Source of the DNA: Malacoraja senta
Taxonomy: Eukaryota
Length of the DNA stretch: 64,000 bases
NCBI GenBank assembly: GCA_038087875.1
Contig: CM075989.1
Span: 16,928,001-16,992,000, forward strand
Direction: 5' to 3'
Shown here: piece after piece, positions 25,590 through 37,970 of the stretch
How the letters are laid out: every line of letters starts with the position of its first letter
How positions within the stretch are numbered: the stretch's first letter is position 1
The notes under the pieces: generated by a model
What the model was told of the DNA's origin: nothing
What the model saw: the letters and a program-made list of their open reading frames with translations, nothing else
The model's database searches: none
Made by a program: the position numbers and the translations under genes

Positions 25590-27200
25590 TGGTTGGTTTG
25601 AAGTAAAAAGGCACTGCAAATGGTTGTTTGGGGGTTTCGGGTTGAGGTAAAAAGGCACTGCAAATGGTTGTTTGGGGGGTTTGGGTTGAAGTAAAAATGC
25701 ACTGCAAATGGTTGTTTGGGGGGGGTTTGATTGAAGTAAAAAGGCACTGCAAATGGTTGTTTGGGGGGTTTGGGTTGAAGTAAAAAGGCACTGCAAATGG
25801 TTGTTTGGGGGGTTTGGGTTGAAGTAAATAGGCACTGCAAATGGTTGTTTGGGGGGTTTGGGTTGAAGTAAAAAGGCACTGCAAATGGTTGTTTGGGGGG
25901 TTTGGGTTGAAGTAAAAAGGGACTGCAAATGGTTGTTTGGGGGGTTTGGGTTGAAGTAAAAAGGCACTGCAAATGGTTGTTTGGGGGGTTTGGGTTGAAG
26001 TAAAAAGACACTGTAAATGGTTGTTTGGGGGTTTTGGGTTGAAGTAAAAAGGCACTGCAAATGGTTGTTTGGGGGTTTTGGGTTGAAGTAATACCGCACA
26101 ACAAATGGTTGTTTGGGGTTTTGGGTTGAAGTAAAAAGGCACTGCAAATGGTTGTTTGGGGGGTTTGGGTTGAAGTAAAAAGGCACTGCAAATGGTTGTT
26201 TGGGGGTTTTGGGTTGAAGTAAATAGGCACTGCAAATGGTTGTTTGGGGTTTTTGGGTTGAAGTAAAAAGGCACTGCAAATGGTTGTTTGGGGGGTTTTG
26301 GGTTGAAGTAAAAAGGCACTGCAAATGGTTGTTTGGGGTTGAAGTAAAAAGGCACTGCAAAGGGTTGTTTGGGGGTTTTGGGTTGAAGTAAAAAGGCATT
26401 GCAATTGTTTTTTGTTTTTTTTGGGGGTTGAAGTAAAAAGGCACTGCAAATGGTTGTTTGGGGTTGAAGTAAAAAGGCACTGCAAATGGTTGTTTGGGGG
26501 CTTTTGGGTTGAAGTAAAAAGGCACTGCAAATGGTTGTTTGAGGGCTTTGGGTTGAAGTAAAAAGGCACTGCAAATGGTTGTTTGGGGCGTTTGGGTTGA
26601 AGTAAAAAGGTACTGCAATGGGTTGTTTGGGGGTTTTGGGTTGAAGTAAAAAGGCAGTGCAAAGGGTTGTTTGGGGGTTTTGGGTTGAAGTAAAAAGGCA
26701 GTGCAAAGGGTTGTTTGGGGGTTTTGGGTTGAAGTAAAAAGGCAGTGCAAAGGGTTGTTTGGGGGGGTTTGGTTGAAGTAAAAAGACAGTGCAAAGGGTT
26801 GTTTGAGGGTTTTGGGTTGAAGTAAAAAGGCAGTGCAATGGGTTGTTTGGGGTTTGGGGTTGAAGTAAAAAGGCAGTGCAAAGGGTTGTTTGGGGGTTTT
26901 GGGTTGAAGTAAAAAGGCAGTGCAAAGGGTTGTTTGGGGGTTTGGGGTTGATGTGAAAAGGCACTGCAAAGGTTTGTTTGGGGGTTTTGGGTTGATGTGA
27001 AAAGGCACTGCAAAGGGTTGTTGGGGGTTTTTGGGTTGAAGTGAAAAGGCAATGCAAAGGGTTGTTTGGGGGTTTGAGGTAGAAGTGAAAAGGCACTGCA
27101 AAGGGTTGTTTGGGGGTTTTGGGTTGAAGTGAAAAGGCATTGCAAAGGGTTGTTTGGGGGTTTTGGGTTGAAGTGAAAAGGCACAGCAAATGGTTGTTTG
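25590..27200 (+). repeat. 44-bp minisatellite, ~36 copies
   Basis: Unit GGGTTGAAGTAAAAAGGCACTGCAAATGGTTGTTTGGGGGGTTT. Confidence 0.97.
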
Positions 27201-27589
27201 TCTAAACTTGACAACTTCCAGTTTTCACTATATTGATTTTAGATAAAACGCTACCTCTTACGGCTGTGATTTTTGGCCATCTTACTCAGTCCCCCTCCTC
27301 TCATCAGGTGCAGAGGATTCTTCCCATCAATGAAAAATAAAAGTGTTATTAGTGTTTAAAAAATGTTGAGAATCTCTCTCCTGTCATTCACGTCATGAAG
27401 GCCACACCTTTTCCGGTGGGAGGGGGAGGGATTATAAAACCCGTAAGTGTGGGTGTGGCTCAGTCTCTGCATGATGGGGGAGGGAGAGGTCACGACGGTC
27501 TGAGCTGTGAATCAACTGAACACACTGAATGTCTACTGAACTGTGAGTGTGGTGTTTTGTGTGGTTTTATGATGGTTTTATGGTGGTTT

Positions 27590-28040
27590 CACCCTGCTTG
27601 AAATGGTATGAAACTGCATTTGAATGTGGTGGCCTTGCACCCTGCATGAAATGGTATAAAACTGCATTTGAATGTGGTGTCGTTGCACCCTGAATGAAAT
27701 GGTATGAAACTGCATTTGAATTTGGTGATCTTGCACCCTCCTTGAAATGGTATGAAACTGCACTTGAATTTGGTGGCCTTGCACCCTGCTTGAAGTGGTA
27801 TGAAACTGCACTTGAATTTGGTGGCCTTGCACCCTGCTTGAAGTGGTTGGAAACTGCACTTGAAATCAGTGGCCTTGCACCCTGCTTGAAGTGGTAGGAA
27901 ACTGAACCTGAATTTGGTGGCCTTGCACCCTGCTTGAAGTGGTATGAAACTGCACTTGAATTTTGTGGTCTTGCGCCCTGCTCGAAGAGGTGAGAAACTG
28001 CACTTGAATTTGGTGGCCTTGCACTCTGCTTGAAATGGAA
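27590..28040 (+). repeat. 48-bp minisatellite, ~9 copies
   Basis: Unit CACCCTGCTTGAAGTGGTATGAAACTGCACTTGAATTTGGTGGCCTTG. Confidence 0.95.
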
Positions 28041-28332
28041 TTTCAAGGAATACCCGTGAGTCAACTGCCAGCCCACCAGCCGTGAGTGAGCTGCCAGCAC
28101 ATCAGGCTTGAGGGACTGAGCTGCCACCCCAAGAATCCATTTGGCCCACAATGTCCATACTAGCCCCCTGGAGACCAGTAGTCCCTGCAGTCAACAACAC
28201 CCATACCAGCGCTCCAGAAAGCCCCCCCCCCCACTGGCCACCTATATTGGAATTGGTGGAGTGGTGGAATATTGCCTTGGGGACCAGCCCTCCAGTGTGA
28301 ACATGGGACCCAACGGGTCCCACTTAGTCTAG

Positions 28333-29570
28333 TATATATATAAATGACTTGGTCGTAAACATAGACGGGTTTGTTGGTAAGTTTGAAGATGACACCAAGA
28401 TTGCTATGTAGGTATGTTACAAATCTTACCTTCAGTCGCGCTGTAATTCTGCCACTGGCCGTGTGCGCGATTTGGGCGCCTTTAAGGGGGGGCGGGGTTA
28501 AAACGTGGGTTTCTCCTCCCTTGTCCTGAATTATATTTCTTTGGAGTACAAGCGTTGGCTGAAGAATCGTTCCTAGTGGCGTTTTGTGAATTTTTTATTT
28601 TTATTAAATCGTCAATGTCAGCGCTAGAGTAATTTTAAAAGCAGCTCCTGAAGCGTCAACGCCGATAACGGGGACGGATTTCACACACGGGACAGGTAAA
28701 CGAAAGTGGTTTCTTTAAATGTATAAAAGTGCTTCTTAAGAAGCCATTAATTCACATTTTGACATGCGACATGGTGATTTAATTCCCCGAACTAACGGCA
28801 GTATTTTTCATGCCAATACGGGGTTAAATTCACCGCAAATGAACGTTCCAAAAGATTGCGTTCCAGAAATCCTCACTCACAAGATGATTTAAATGACCAT
28901 TAATTTACAGGTATTAAACATTCAATTCCTTCCATTTGGCCTGTAAATTCATGACAATGAGATTTTAAAATTATGTTATATTGTGAATTATTGTGTGAAT
29001 GTTATTTGGACACTTAGGCTATTTAAAAATGTTAATCTACTCTTAAGAAATTGGTAGATGTTTAGATTTAGTAATTGAATTTTGTAATTAGCTACAATTA
29101 GGTAACTAACTAATTATATGCTTTACTTTCATGTCTTCTAAGTAAGATTGTTTCATATTTGTTTCAGAATGCTTCAATCTATAATAACTGAAAATTTCAT
29201 TCAGTTATCTTAATTTTTAAGAAAGTTATGGGCTTTTAACTGTCCTCGATCACAGCTTTTGTGTTAGGTCAATGGAAAAGCAATAGGGAACAAGATGCTA
29301 ATTTCCGAGTATGAAAATGGCCATAACTTCTTTAATACTGAAGATATGAAAGTGAATTAGGTGTCAAATTAAACTTCTTTTTATGCTTTATCTGATGGGA
29401 TAGATTGCAGACTTTATTTTTAAAATCTCAAAATGTTGTAACATTGCTATGCTATGGTCGTGGACTGTGAGGTAGGCTGTGAAAGTATATAGCCGGATAA
29501 TAGATCGGCAACAGAAATGCGCAGATAACTGGCAGAGGATCCGAGCAAGTATGAGGTGTTGAATTTATAC
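28333..29570 (+). mobile_element. Decayed CR1 RT fragment split by a DNA transposon
   Basis: ATATATATAAATGACTTGG...AAGTTTGAAGATGACACCAAGATT (YINDL...KFxDDTKI) resumes at 29457 with GTCGTGGACTGTGAGG...ATAGATCGG. Confidence 0.7.
28409..29449. mobile_element. Non-autonomous DNA transposon (hAT-like TAG termini), 7-bp TSD
   Basis: TIR TAGGTATGTTACAA / TTGTAACATTGCTA (12 of 14 match); TGCTATG at 28402-28408 and 29450-29456. Confidence 0.75.
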
Positions 29571-29773
29571 GTCATGTTGAATGTCGAAAATAAACGTCAG
29601 TGCGTAAGCTGCGGGGAAACACTGGCGCGGTAGTGAGCAAAGATCCTATAGCGAGCAAGGTAGTCCACTCCGCTATAGGATCTTTGGTCGTGAGCAGAGA
29701 ATAAATATAATGAGCCGAGGATGTGATGCTTGGGTCGTCGCTGTTGTCTGAGATGCAAGCGCCTGGAAAGATT

Positions 29774-30214
29774 ATGGGCTGCGAACATCCAAACTCGGAG
29801 GGGTTCTGCTACTTACTGGCGTTGGATTATTTCCGCTTTGTGCTAGACGGCTCGGAGTCGCAGCCGGCGGCCAACAGAGCGGCTGAAACTCTGCGCCGCT
29901 CCGGCTCCTCGTTGCCTGCAGACGGCCAGGAATTACAGCGCTGCGTCGACACATTAAACCTGGGGTCCGTGGAAGAGACGAAGCGAGTGCTCCCCGACTT
30001 AATGAGAGAGGTCTACTCGGACGGGATTGATAACTGGGACAGGATTGTAACTTTGTACACTTTCTGTGGGGACCTGGTCAGGCACTTGATAGAGAAGGGC
30101 GTACTTTATCGAGTGCTGATAGAAGAGGTAGCTCAGTTTGTCGCCCAATACACTTGGACTCACAAAGCTGCGTGGATCAAGGAGAATGGAGGCTGGGTCG
30201 GAGGAAGATTTTGA
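29774..30214 (+). CDS. BCL2A1: Bcl-2 family protein, BCL2A1/Bfl-1-like (exon 1 or single short ORF; may be non-functional)
   Basis: LALDYFRFVL, AETLRR, EVYSDGIDNWDRIVTLYTF (BH1), AWIKENGGW (BH2) align with recalled human A1; same-strand position upstream of MTHFS matches human 15q25. In-frame ATGs also at 29726 and 29753. GT at 30197 is the conserved post-GGW intron position; unspliced reading stops at 30214. Confidence 0.8.
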   Translation: MGCEHPNSEGFCYLLALDYFRFVLDGSESQPAANRAAETLRRSGSSLPADGQELQRCVDTLNLGSVEETKRVLPDLMREVYSDGIDNWDRIVTLYTFCGDLVRHLIEKGVLYRVLIEEVAQFVAQYTWTHKAAWIKENGGWVGGRF

Positions 30215-32059
30215 TCAAAAGTGTTCTGGAAGTCCATGTCCTTCTTCGAAGGCAGTCCCTCGGAATTGAGGATGACTTGCTAACACTCTGGTTTTGTGGT
30301 TGTGACGTAGTCTGAGAACTGCTGTCTCTATGCAAGAGGGAGCTGATGAGGCAGGTAGATAATTTATGTCATGGTATGATCCCTCTGCCTCATGCACAGT
30401 GCCTCTGTGTGCTCCTGATCCATACCCTTGAGGTTCTCACTACCAATCCAAATACTGCTTCTCTGCTTTGGACAGCCATGGGTCAGAGGCATCTAAGAGT
30501 CGGTGCAAATGTTGCACTTCCTCAAGGATCCCTGAATCTACCCCTCTGTATGTTTGGTACATCACATCTACTTTATTATCTTCACCAAATCCATGTTTCA
30601 CCACATCAAACATAATTAAGCCTGACCTGGCTTGTTTAATGCATTTCCCACAGGCAAAAAATAATCCATATCATGGATTAATGCCTCGAATTGAAGACAG
30701 ATGGAAAGTTCTCATTTAGTACCTTAGCACATTTGTGCACAGGTTTTCATTTATATCACAATATTTAGATTATCAAAGGAAAAGGAGACAAAAATAATGA
30801 GCAATAAACCAAGGTGCTGGAGGAATTTAGGGAGGAACTTAGCAAGCCACACATCTTCTGTGCAGTGGAATGATAAATGATGTTTCGGATCAGGATCCAT
30901 CTTTAGTTCCTACAACGCTATGTTTTTAGCTCAAGATTCCAGCAACTACAATCTCTTGTGACTCCAGATGCAAAATTAATTATTTGAGGGAGATCAATTT
31001 GCAGTGGGATGAGAATGCAAATTGTAATCAAAAATTGACGGGAAAACTTTGGCCAAACAATGGGCTGTCTTTTAAGCCATAGATAGTTCAGGTAAGGTCG
31101 AGATGCCACCCCTCCCCATTCCTATCTTTCCATATCCTTCCCGAACACAAAGCGGAAATGTATGCACTGACCAGTTCTGCCTCTTTTGGAGCCAAGTTTC
31201 TGTTACTGTAACCATATATTTCCTCTTGAATGTCTATGCCGAAAGTTCCCCAACTTAATTTCCCATACTCTACGGTACATATCAAATTTGTTTTTATTTT
31301 CATTTTCACTAAACCCAGCAAAATTCTTAGGTTCATGTAATCTTATGTGAGTTGTCTTTTGTTTCCTTGCTCTTTTAAATCCTATTATTTCTCCTTACAC
31401 TCATTCAATTTCCTGCTGCACTCTTATGCTTGTACACTCTTTGTTAGCCTTGGCTGACGTAACAGAAGACTGGAGGTAGTAAATATTTTCCCTTATTCCA
31501 AATAGCAGTGGGAATAGATCATAATTCCCCTTATACTGATCTGAGGCTCAACAGCCCGCAATAGGGGAATTACAGTGAAAAATCTTATACGTGTCAGGTT
31601 TCATGATCTTTGGAAAGGCGGGGACTATGATTTGGTGGAGGCAGCATTGTTTATTGCTGGAGAATTTTGCTCTCACAAATCTGTTTGAATATTTGAGGAA
31701 GTCATTAAGAAAATGTTAAAGGCAGCGCTGGGGTAACTCAGCCGGTCAGGCAGCAACTATGGAGAGAAAGAATGGGTGAGGTTTCGGGTCGAGACCCTTC
31801 TTCAGACAGAGTCAGGGGATTGGGAGACGAGAGATATGGAAGGGTAAGGTGTGAAAATGACAGATCAAAGCAGACGTTTTCTGTTTGGTGTAAATCAGCA
31901 TTTGCAGTTCCTTCCTACACTTTAACTTATTAGTTGTTCTGAAATGCATCTCCATTTCTTTTCAGAATTAAATTCCACATGCCAACCCTCAACTTCAATA
32001 TCACTAGTGTATAGTTCAAGATGATCCTCCTTAATGTCAACACATAAGATTCATTTCTT

Positions 32060-32540
32060 GACAAGAAATTGTAGACAATTGTGGACGCAGCCCAGACCAT
32101 TACACAAACCAACCTCCCTTCCATTGACTCCATTTACTCCTCACACTGCCTGGGCAAGGCCACCAGCATAATCAAGGACGTCCTACCCTGGTCACTTCCT
32201 CGTCTCCCCTCGCCCATCAGGCAAGAGGTATAGGTGTGAAAACGCACACCTCCAAATTCAGGGACAGTTTCTTCCCAGCGTTATCAGGCAACTGAACCAC
32301 TGTACCAACAACCAGAGAGCAGTCCTGAGCTACGATCTGCCTCATTGGAGACCCTCAGATTATCTTTAATTGGACTTTACTGGACTTTATCTTGCATTAA
32401 ACGTTATTCCCTTTACCGTGTCTCTGTACACTGGATGACTCGATTATAATCATGTATAATCTTTCCGCTGACTGGTTAGCACTCAACAAAAAGCTTCTCA
32501 CTACCTCGGTACACGTGACAATAAACTAAACTAAACTTAT
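32060..32540 (+). mobile_element. Rex1-like LINE 3' end/derived SINE
   Basis: AACCTCCCTTCCATTGAC...ATCAAGGAC...CCATCAGGCAAGAGG...AGTTTCTTCCCAG, similar to 53950-54125; (CTAAA)n tail. Confidence 0.6.
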
Positions 32541-32989
32541 TGGACCAGGTATAGATTAGTAAAGGTCGGCAAAAATGTAAGTATGGGTGTGGTGGGCCAA
32601 AGGGCCAGTTTCTGTGCTCGCCTTCTGCTTGGCTCAATGAAGTTCACTATACTTCCTGTATTCTGTGCAATTACCCGAGCTGTCATGAGTAAGAAAGATC
32701 AGTTTCCCCTAATCACTATCCGTGTAGCCTGCAACTAATTTTTCTCCTTGTGGCGATACTTTTGTGATACAAAATATGAATTTGCAGTAATATGAATACA
32801 TCACAATGATGCAGCCTGGAGTAAGATTGTTTAAACTGATGCTGGTGTTCAAAGATTGGCATTGCAGATAAAGTTATAAATGGAAATTTTGGAGTGATTT
32901 TCTTATTGACCAATAAAGATTATGTATCTTCCATTGTGATCATCATGGTCTGTTTGCCTGTAAGTACAAAAAGAAAGGCACCAGTTCCT

Positions 32990-33590
32990 ATAATTGCTCC
33001 CTCACCTCCATCCAGGGTCCCCAGCAATCTTTCAAGGTGACACCTGTACTTATACTTGCTCCTTAACCTTCATCCAGGGACCACAGCAGTCCTTCCAGGT
33101 GAGACAGAGGTTCATGTGCACTTCCTCTAACCTCATCTACTGCACCGGTGTTCCCGATATGGCCTCCTGGACACTGGCTTGGCTGAGACCAAGTGTAGAC
33201 TTGCCGACTGTTTTGTCGAACACTTGCGCTCTATCTGCCAAGGTCTACTGAATCTCCTGTTGGTTAACCTTTTTAATATCTCTTCCAATTCCCAGAGCAA
33301 CTTTTCTGTCCTGGACCTCCTCCAATCCCCCACCCCCACACCCCCTACTTGGCACCTATTCCCCTCCCCCCCCCCATCAGCTTAGACCTACATTCCTTCT
33401 TTAGCATCACAATTTGCAACTCTTAAATCCTTTTGTCTTAACATCTTCTGTCTTTTCATCTCTTCCCTTTGTCCAATCATCTGCAACTTTTTATCCAGCA
33501 TCATTTCCACCAGCCACATGCTCCTCCATGGTGTAGGAAGGAACTGCAGATGCTGGTTTAAACTGAAGAAGGGTCTCGACCTGAAGTGTC
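32990..33590 (+). mobile_element. Decayed Penelope GIY-YIG fragment and terminal repeat
   Basis: QGPQQSFQVRQRFMCTSSNLIYC, ETKCRLADCFVEHLRSI. Confidence 0.8.
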
Positions 33591-33801
33591 CTCCGTGGTT
33601 CTGCAGTTTTCTATGTAATTATTCCATTCCCTTTTGAAAATTATTATTGAATTTCCATCCACCACCCTTGCATTCAGAACATTTCCAACCAGGACAACAT
33701 GGTGACTTCTGCAATTATCAAATTAGTTGATCAACTTAAATTAAAACCTTTTATGTGCCTTTCTACATCATTCCAATTCATTACCTCTTTTTTTCTTTCA
33801 G

Positions 33802-34061
33802 TTACTGGCTCATACCAAGTACAAGAACTGCCAAAGAGTTGCTGTCTTTCTGAGCATGTCTGATGAAATTCAGACAGAAGATATAATAAAAGATGTGCTC
33901 CAATGTGGAAAAGTGTTTCATTCCACGGTACAAGACTAGAAGCAACCACATGGATATGGTAAAGCTCAGCTCAGCTGAAGAAATCCACAACCTGCCCCTG
34001 ACTTCCTGGAACATTCATCAGCCTGCAGAAGATGTGTTGCTGGAAGAGGCTCTAACCACAG
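33802..34061 (+). pseudogene. MTHFS: MTHFS (5-formyltetrahydrofolate cyclo-ligase) exon 2, frameshifted
   Basis: Polypyrimidine+CAG acceptor, G|GTTGGT donor. Reads [37 protein letters not shown], then in a shifted frame [49 protein letters not shown]. Two bases missing near 33913 give TAG at 33937. Confidence 0.92.
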
Positions 34062-37000
34062 GTTGGTAATTAACGGGATTTATTGCTTTTGGACTTTAAA
34101 CATCTTATTCTTGAGGATTTTACTTAGGCATGGGGCTCTAACACTTGGTTCTCCGCATCACAAAGACCTTGAACTCTGTATCACCTCATATCTTTGCATT
34201 GCCTCAGTCCAAGTTGAGCTGAAATCTTTACCCATGGGTTTGTTCTCTTTAAATTTCGTAACTCCGATGCTGCCTTTGCTGGCCTCCCATCCTCCACCCT
34301 TCATAAATACCTGTACTTGGTGAACTGCGTGTCGACTACTAAAGCAGCAACACCATGATTTTAAAATTTCAACTATGTTCAAATATCCCTTCCTGCAATT
34401 CCCCTGTTCGCAATCAAGCAACATCCATTCCTCCAACTCAACTTCTGCTGTTAAAATCTTTAGTCTTAAAATATGTGAATTTTTCCCAATACTGGTTCAC
34501 TTGCTTTAGCAACTGTGATGAAAACGTGGCTTCATAAAAAGCAGCAAAGAACTTATGTTTTCAAATGGTAATTTATGGTTTGCATCTTTTTGTCTTTTTT
34601 TTAAGATGCTCTTGCTGGTATTGTGCAGTGTGCTTCCAGCCTTTTCATTAAATATTTAACTAGGTTATATATTCACCAAAATAGACGTTGGTCAATATAA
34701 TCTTCGGATGCTTCAGAAACGAACTAACTAAAATTTGTATGTGTTTGCAACATCAATTTTACCTCATTGTTCCAATAACACAGTATTATATTTAAATCTA
34801 CTAATTCTGACCATATTTACAATGCCAATTGATCATACAAGTGCAGCTTGTAACTATTTCCCTTAAGGACCAACACTCTGATTCTGTTTTATTGTTTGCC
34901 ACGTTGACCAGTTTGAACTTGATGTAAAATTGACTAACTCTGCTGTGAATGTTTGCTGAAGCTAAGAATGCACTTCAAACAATGACACAGCAAAACAGGA
35001 GGTTACTGACTGCAATTGTGATTGTTAGCATTTAAAACTGCTATAAGGCCGTGCATAGAGTAGACGCAAACTTAATTAGATTATTTATCTGAGAGATAAA
35101 AGGGCTAAATGTGTACTTATTTTCAAGCCTGAAGTGAAACAATGGCAAACTTTGTTTGTGAAATCCCAAAATGGTGATATTTACATCTTGGTTCCAATGG
35201 AAGCTGTTCACCAGCTTGCGGAATATCAGCTGAAATAGGAAATATTTACGCTTGGTGTCAATTTAATGGTTCATTTTTGCATAGCACCACTCAAATACCA
35301 TCTGTGCATTATATACTGCACTTGGTATTTGATGGCTGTCTGATTTACCGTAACATATAGCCCAACTTTGCTCTCGAGGATAAAATAAACCTATACAATT
35401 GAGATTGAACATTCCTGGGTCATTTACTGTCACTAAAAATTAGCCAGGCACTTCCTGGCCTGAATCACATTGAACATCTAATATGATTTCAGCTGCAGGC
35501 AGGTATAACATGATGCCATTCCCATGCACTGCTCCTTTTCATGGGAAGCATTCTCCACATTGAAACACTCACAGTTCCAGCTGTGGACTAGAAGTGGAAC
35601 TAGCCTAAATAGCTTTGTAATCCCCATTTTCCATTTATATTTTTCCAGGTCTAATCTTGCGCTATTGCTCCATTCACATTTCCTTTAATATCTCACAGTC
35701 TAAACTCAGTCTCTCACTTGTTCCCCATTCCCTCCGACATTTAACTTGGCCTAACCCCACTTTGCCACCTGATACTTATGGCTTTCAAAATTTCTCCTCT
35801 GCGCAAAGCAGGCAAAAAATATAAACAATCTCTTGGGGATCTGCAAGGCTCTCCTCTCATTTATAATTAAGCGTAAACAATTTGAATGATATCAAACAGC
35901 CAAGATTGAAATCTGCTGACGAAGCAAAATGGGCTTTGAAAAGCACATTCTAATCTCCCTCAGTGTTTACTTCATTCTAAACACTCTTTGAACTGTCTTT
36001 ATGCCATTATAATAAGGATACCAATAATATAAACAGTACTCTAGATGTGATCTTACCAGTGCCCAGAACAGCTGCACAAGACTTCTTTACCTTTATAGTT
36101 CACCTGCTTTGCCATAAAGGCCAATGTTCCATTTTTGTTTGTAATTATTTGCTGCACCCACATGTTACCATGTTAATACGATGACGGCCAGATCAGTCTT
36201 CATCACAGCCTTCTGCAGTCTCTCCATCTGCTCAATATTCTGCTTTTCTATTCTTGATGTGAAAGTGAATAACTTCTAAATCCTAACTGGCAACGTTACT
36301 ATTTATGACCTCAATCGAACCTAACCTTGATAACAATCGGTTCTTGTACTTTCCTGTGATGAGATGCTCAAACGTGTCTCTAGATGAGACGGCTAAAATC
36401 TTGTGTACCTGTGTTTCTAAATTAATCCCAACCATCTTCATTTTCTTATGTCACTAAATGACCTGCATATCAACATCTGCTTTCAACAATTTTGACCTCT
36501 TTAAATGTTTCATTTATCTGGTCTTGTGTGCTAAATTGTTATTTCATATTTACCCAATGTGTCAATCTGCCTAATTGTCCTATTAGGATTCTTTCTATAG
36601 TCTTTTCCAATCCACCTAATAATTTGAAGTGCCACTGATCTGGCTTTGTCAGAAAATTTCAGTATTGATCTCTTGCTTCTAAAATCCAAATTGTTTATGT
36701 TGGATTATAAATGAGGTTATAATTACAGGAATCCCCTTGAGAATGTCTTTATTCTTTGCCTTCCTTCTGTAAGGGTGATGCGGTGCCTCACACACATTTG
36801 GTTACCACATTTGCATTACCCTATTGACTTGTATAATACTGGGTGTATTTTTGAATTATTTGTTTTACATTTTTTTTTTTTTTTTTAATTTTTATTTATT
36901 AAAAGTACATTACATTACAACCAATTACATTAGTACTCGTCACATATATCTTATTATAATTAATGTACTCCGTTTATTTGTTTTAAATTAAAGCACTAAA

Positions 37001-37755
37001 TTAAATTAAAGCAAATTACTTAAGTCAAACATCATTTTCAAATTGTGGCTTAGAACTAATGTAGAAACATTTAATTTATTTTATAAGAATACTTAGAGTT
37101 ACGTCATGACAACATCCTATTCAGTTTACCCAAGATAGCCACAAAATACTGGAATAACTCAGCGGGTCGGGCAGCATCTGTGGGTCAGATGCTGTCTGAC
37201 CCGTTGAGTTACTCCAGCACTTTGTGTCTATCTTTGGTCTAAACCAACACCTGCAGTTCGTTCCTACACATTCAGTCTACCCAGTTCTGTTGATATTCAA
37301 TTTTCACACAAGGAAATACTCCTAATCCTAAATACCCATATATTCTCATAGCCCATCAGTTTATTTTCTCACCTTCCCCATATTTACATATTTACTTATC
37401 AAATCAAATCTTGACCCAGTTTTTGCCTTTTTTTGTCAAGCCTCATTGGATTTACAAACAGTATCTGTGCTAAGATTTTCCCCAACCCATTTATCTAATG
37501 CCACATTCTAAACCCTGCATCTTGCCAGTCTTCTCCTTTTATTATAATGTTTTTTGTCACCATCCATTATTCTGCATTATTTTATACGATAAATATTTAA
37601 ACAAAAAACCCTGTAATGCTGGAAATAAAAATAAAACAAAAATGTTGGAAAATTCTGCCAGCTCCAACAGGATTCCACCAGCAGACACATAGTCAGACTT
37701 TTGGATTGAATGATATGTTGGGAGCTTGTTTGTTTGTATGTATGGGTGTCCTTAA

Positions 37756-37970
37756 AGGGCCTGTCCCACTTGGGCGTTATTTGTGCGTCATTTACGCAAC
37801 ATCATTTACGCGTCACGCGCGCATCGTGACCCGCGCATGGCGCGTGGTGAGATGTGGTGGCGTAGACAGTGACGCACGTTCGCATTCCGCACCCCAGGAT
37901 TTTGGGATTCACAAAATCTTCGCGCACCACCTGCGTGACGCGCAAATGACGTCCAAGTGGGACAGGCCCT
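37756..37970. mobile_element. PIF/Harbinger-type MITE (215 bp)
   Basis: Perfect 18-bp TIR AGGGCCTGTCCCACTTGG; TAA on both sides; CpG-rich interior. Confidence 0.85.

Larger units (their letters stand above)
25203..28332 (+). mobile_element. Composite non-autonomous Helitron
   Basis: A|TC 5' end, CTAG|T 3' end, hairpin TGGGACCC-AAC-GGGTCCCA at 28304-28322, no TSD; second head module from ~27210. Confidence 0.88.

Noticed and set aside
25545..27214. Three overlapping ORFs of 531-549 aa
   Set aside because: They arise because the C-rich strand of the 44-bp repeat has no stop codon in any frame; no evidence of coding.
25590..28040. CRISPR-like regular repeats
   Set aside because: Head-to-tail units with no unique spacers, no cas genes, eukaryotic context.
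29612..29623. NF-kB site upstream of BCL2A1-like ORF
   Set aside because: GGGGAAACAC fits the GGGRNWYYCC consensus poorly.
30215..30283. Continuation of BCL2A1 past the TGA (SKVFWKSMSFFE...) as an intronless C-terminus
   Set aside because: Resemblance to the A1 tail is too weak to distinguish from chance.
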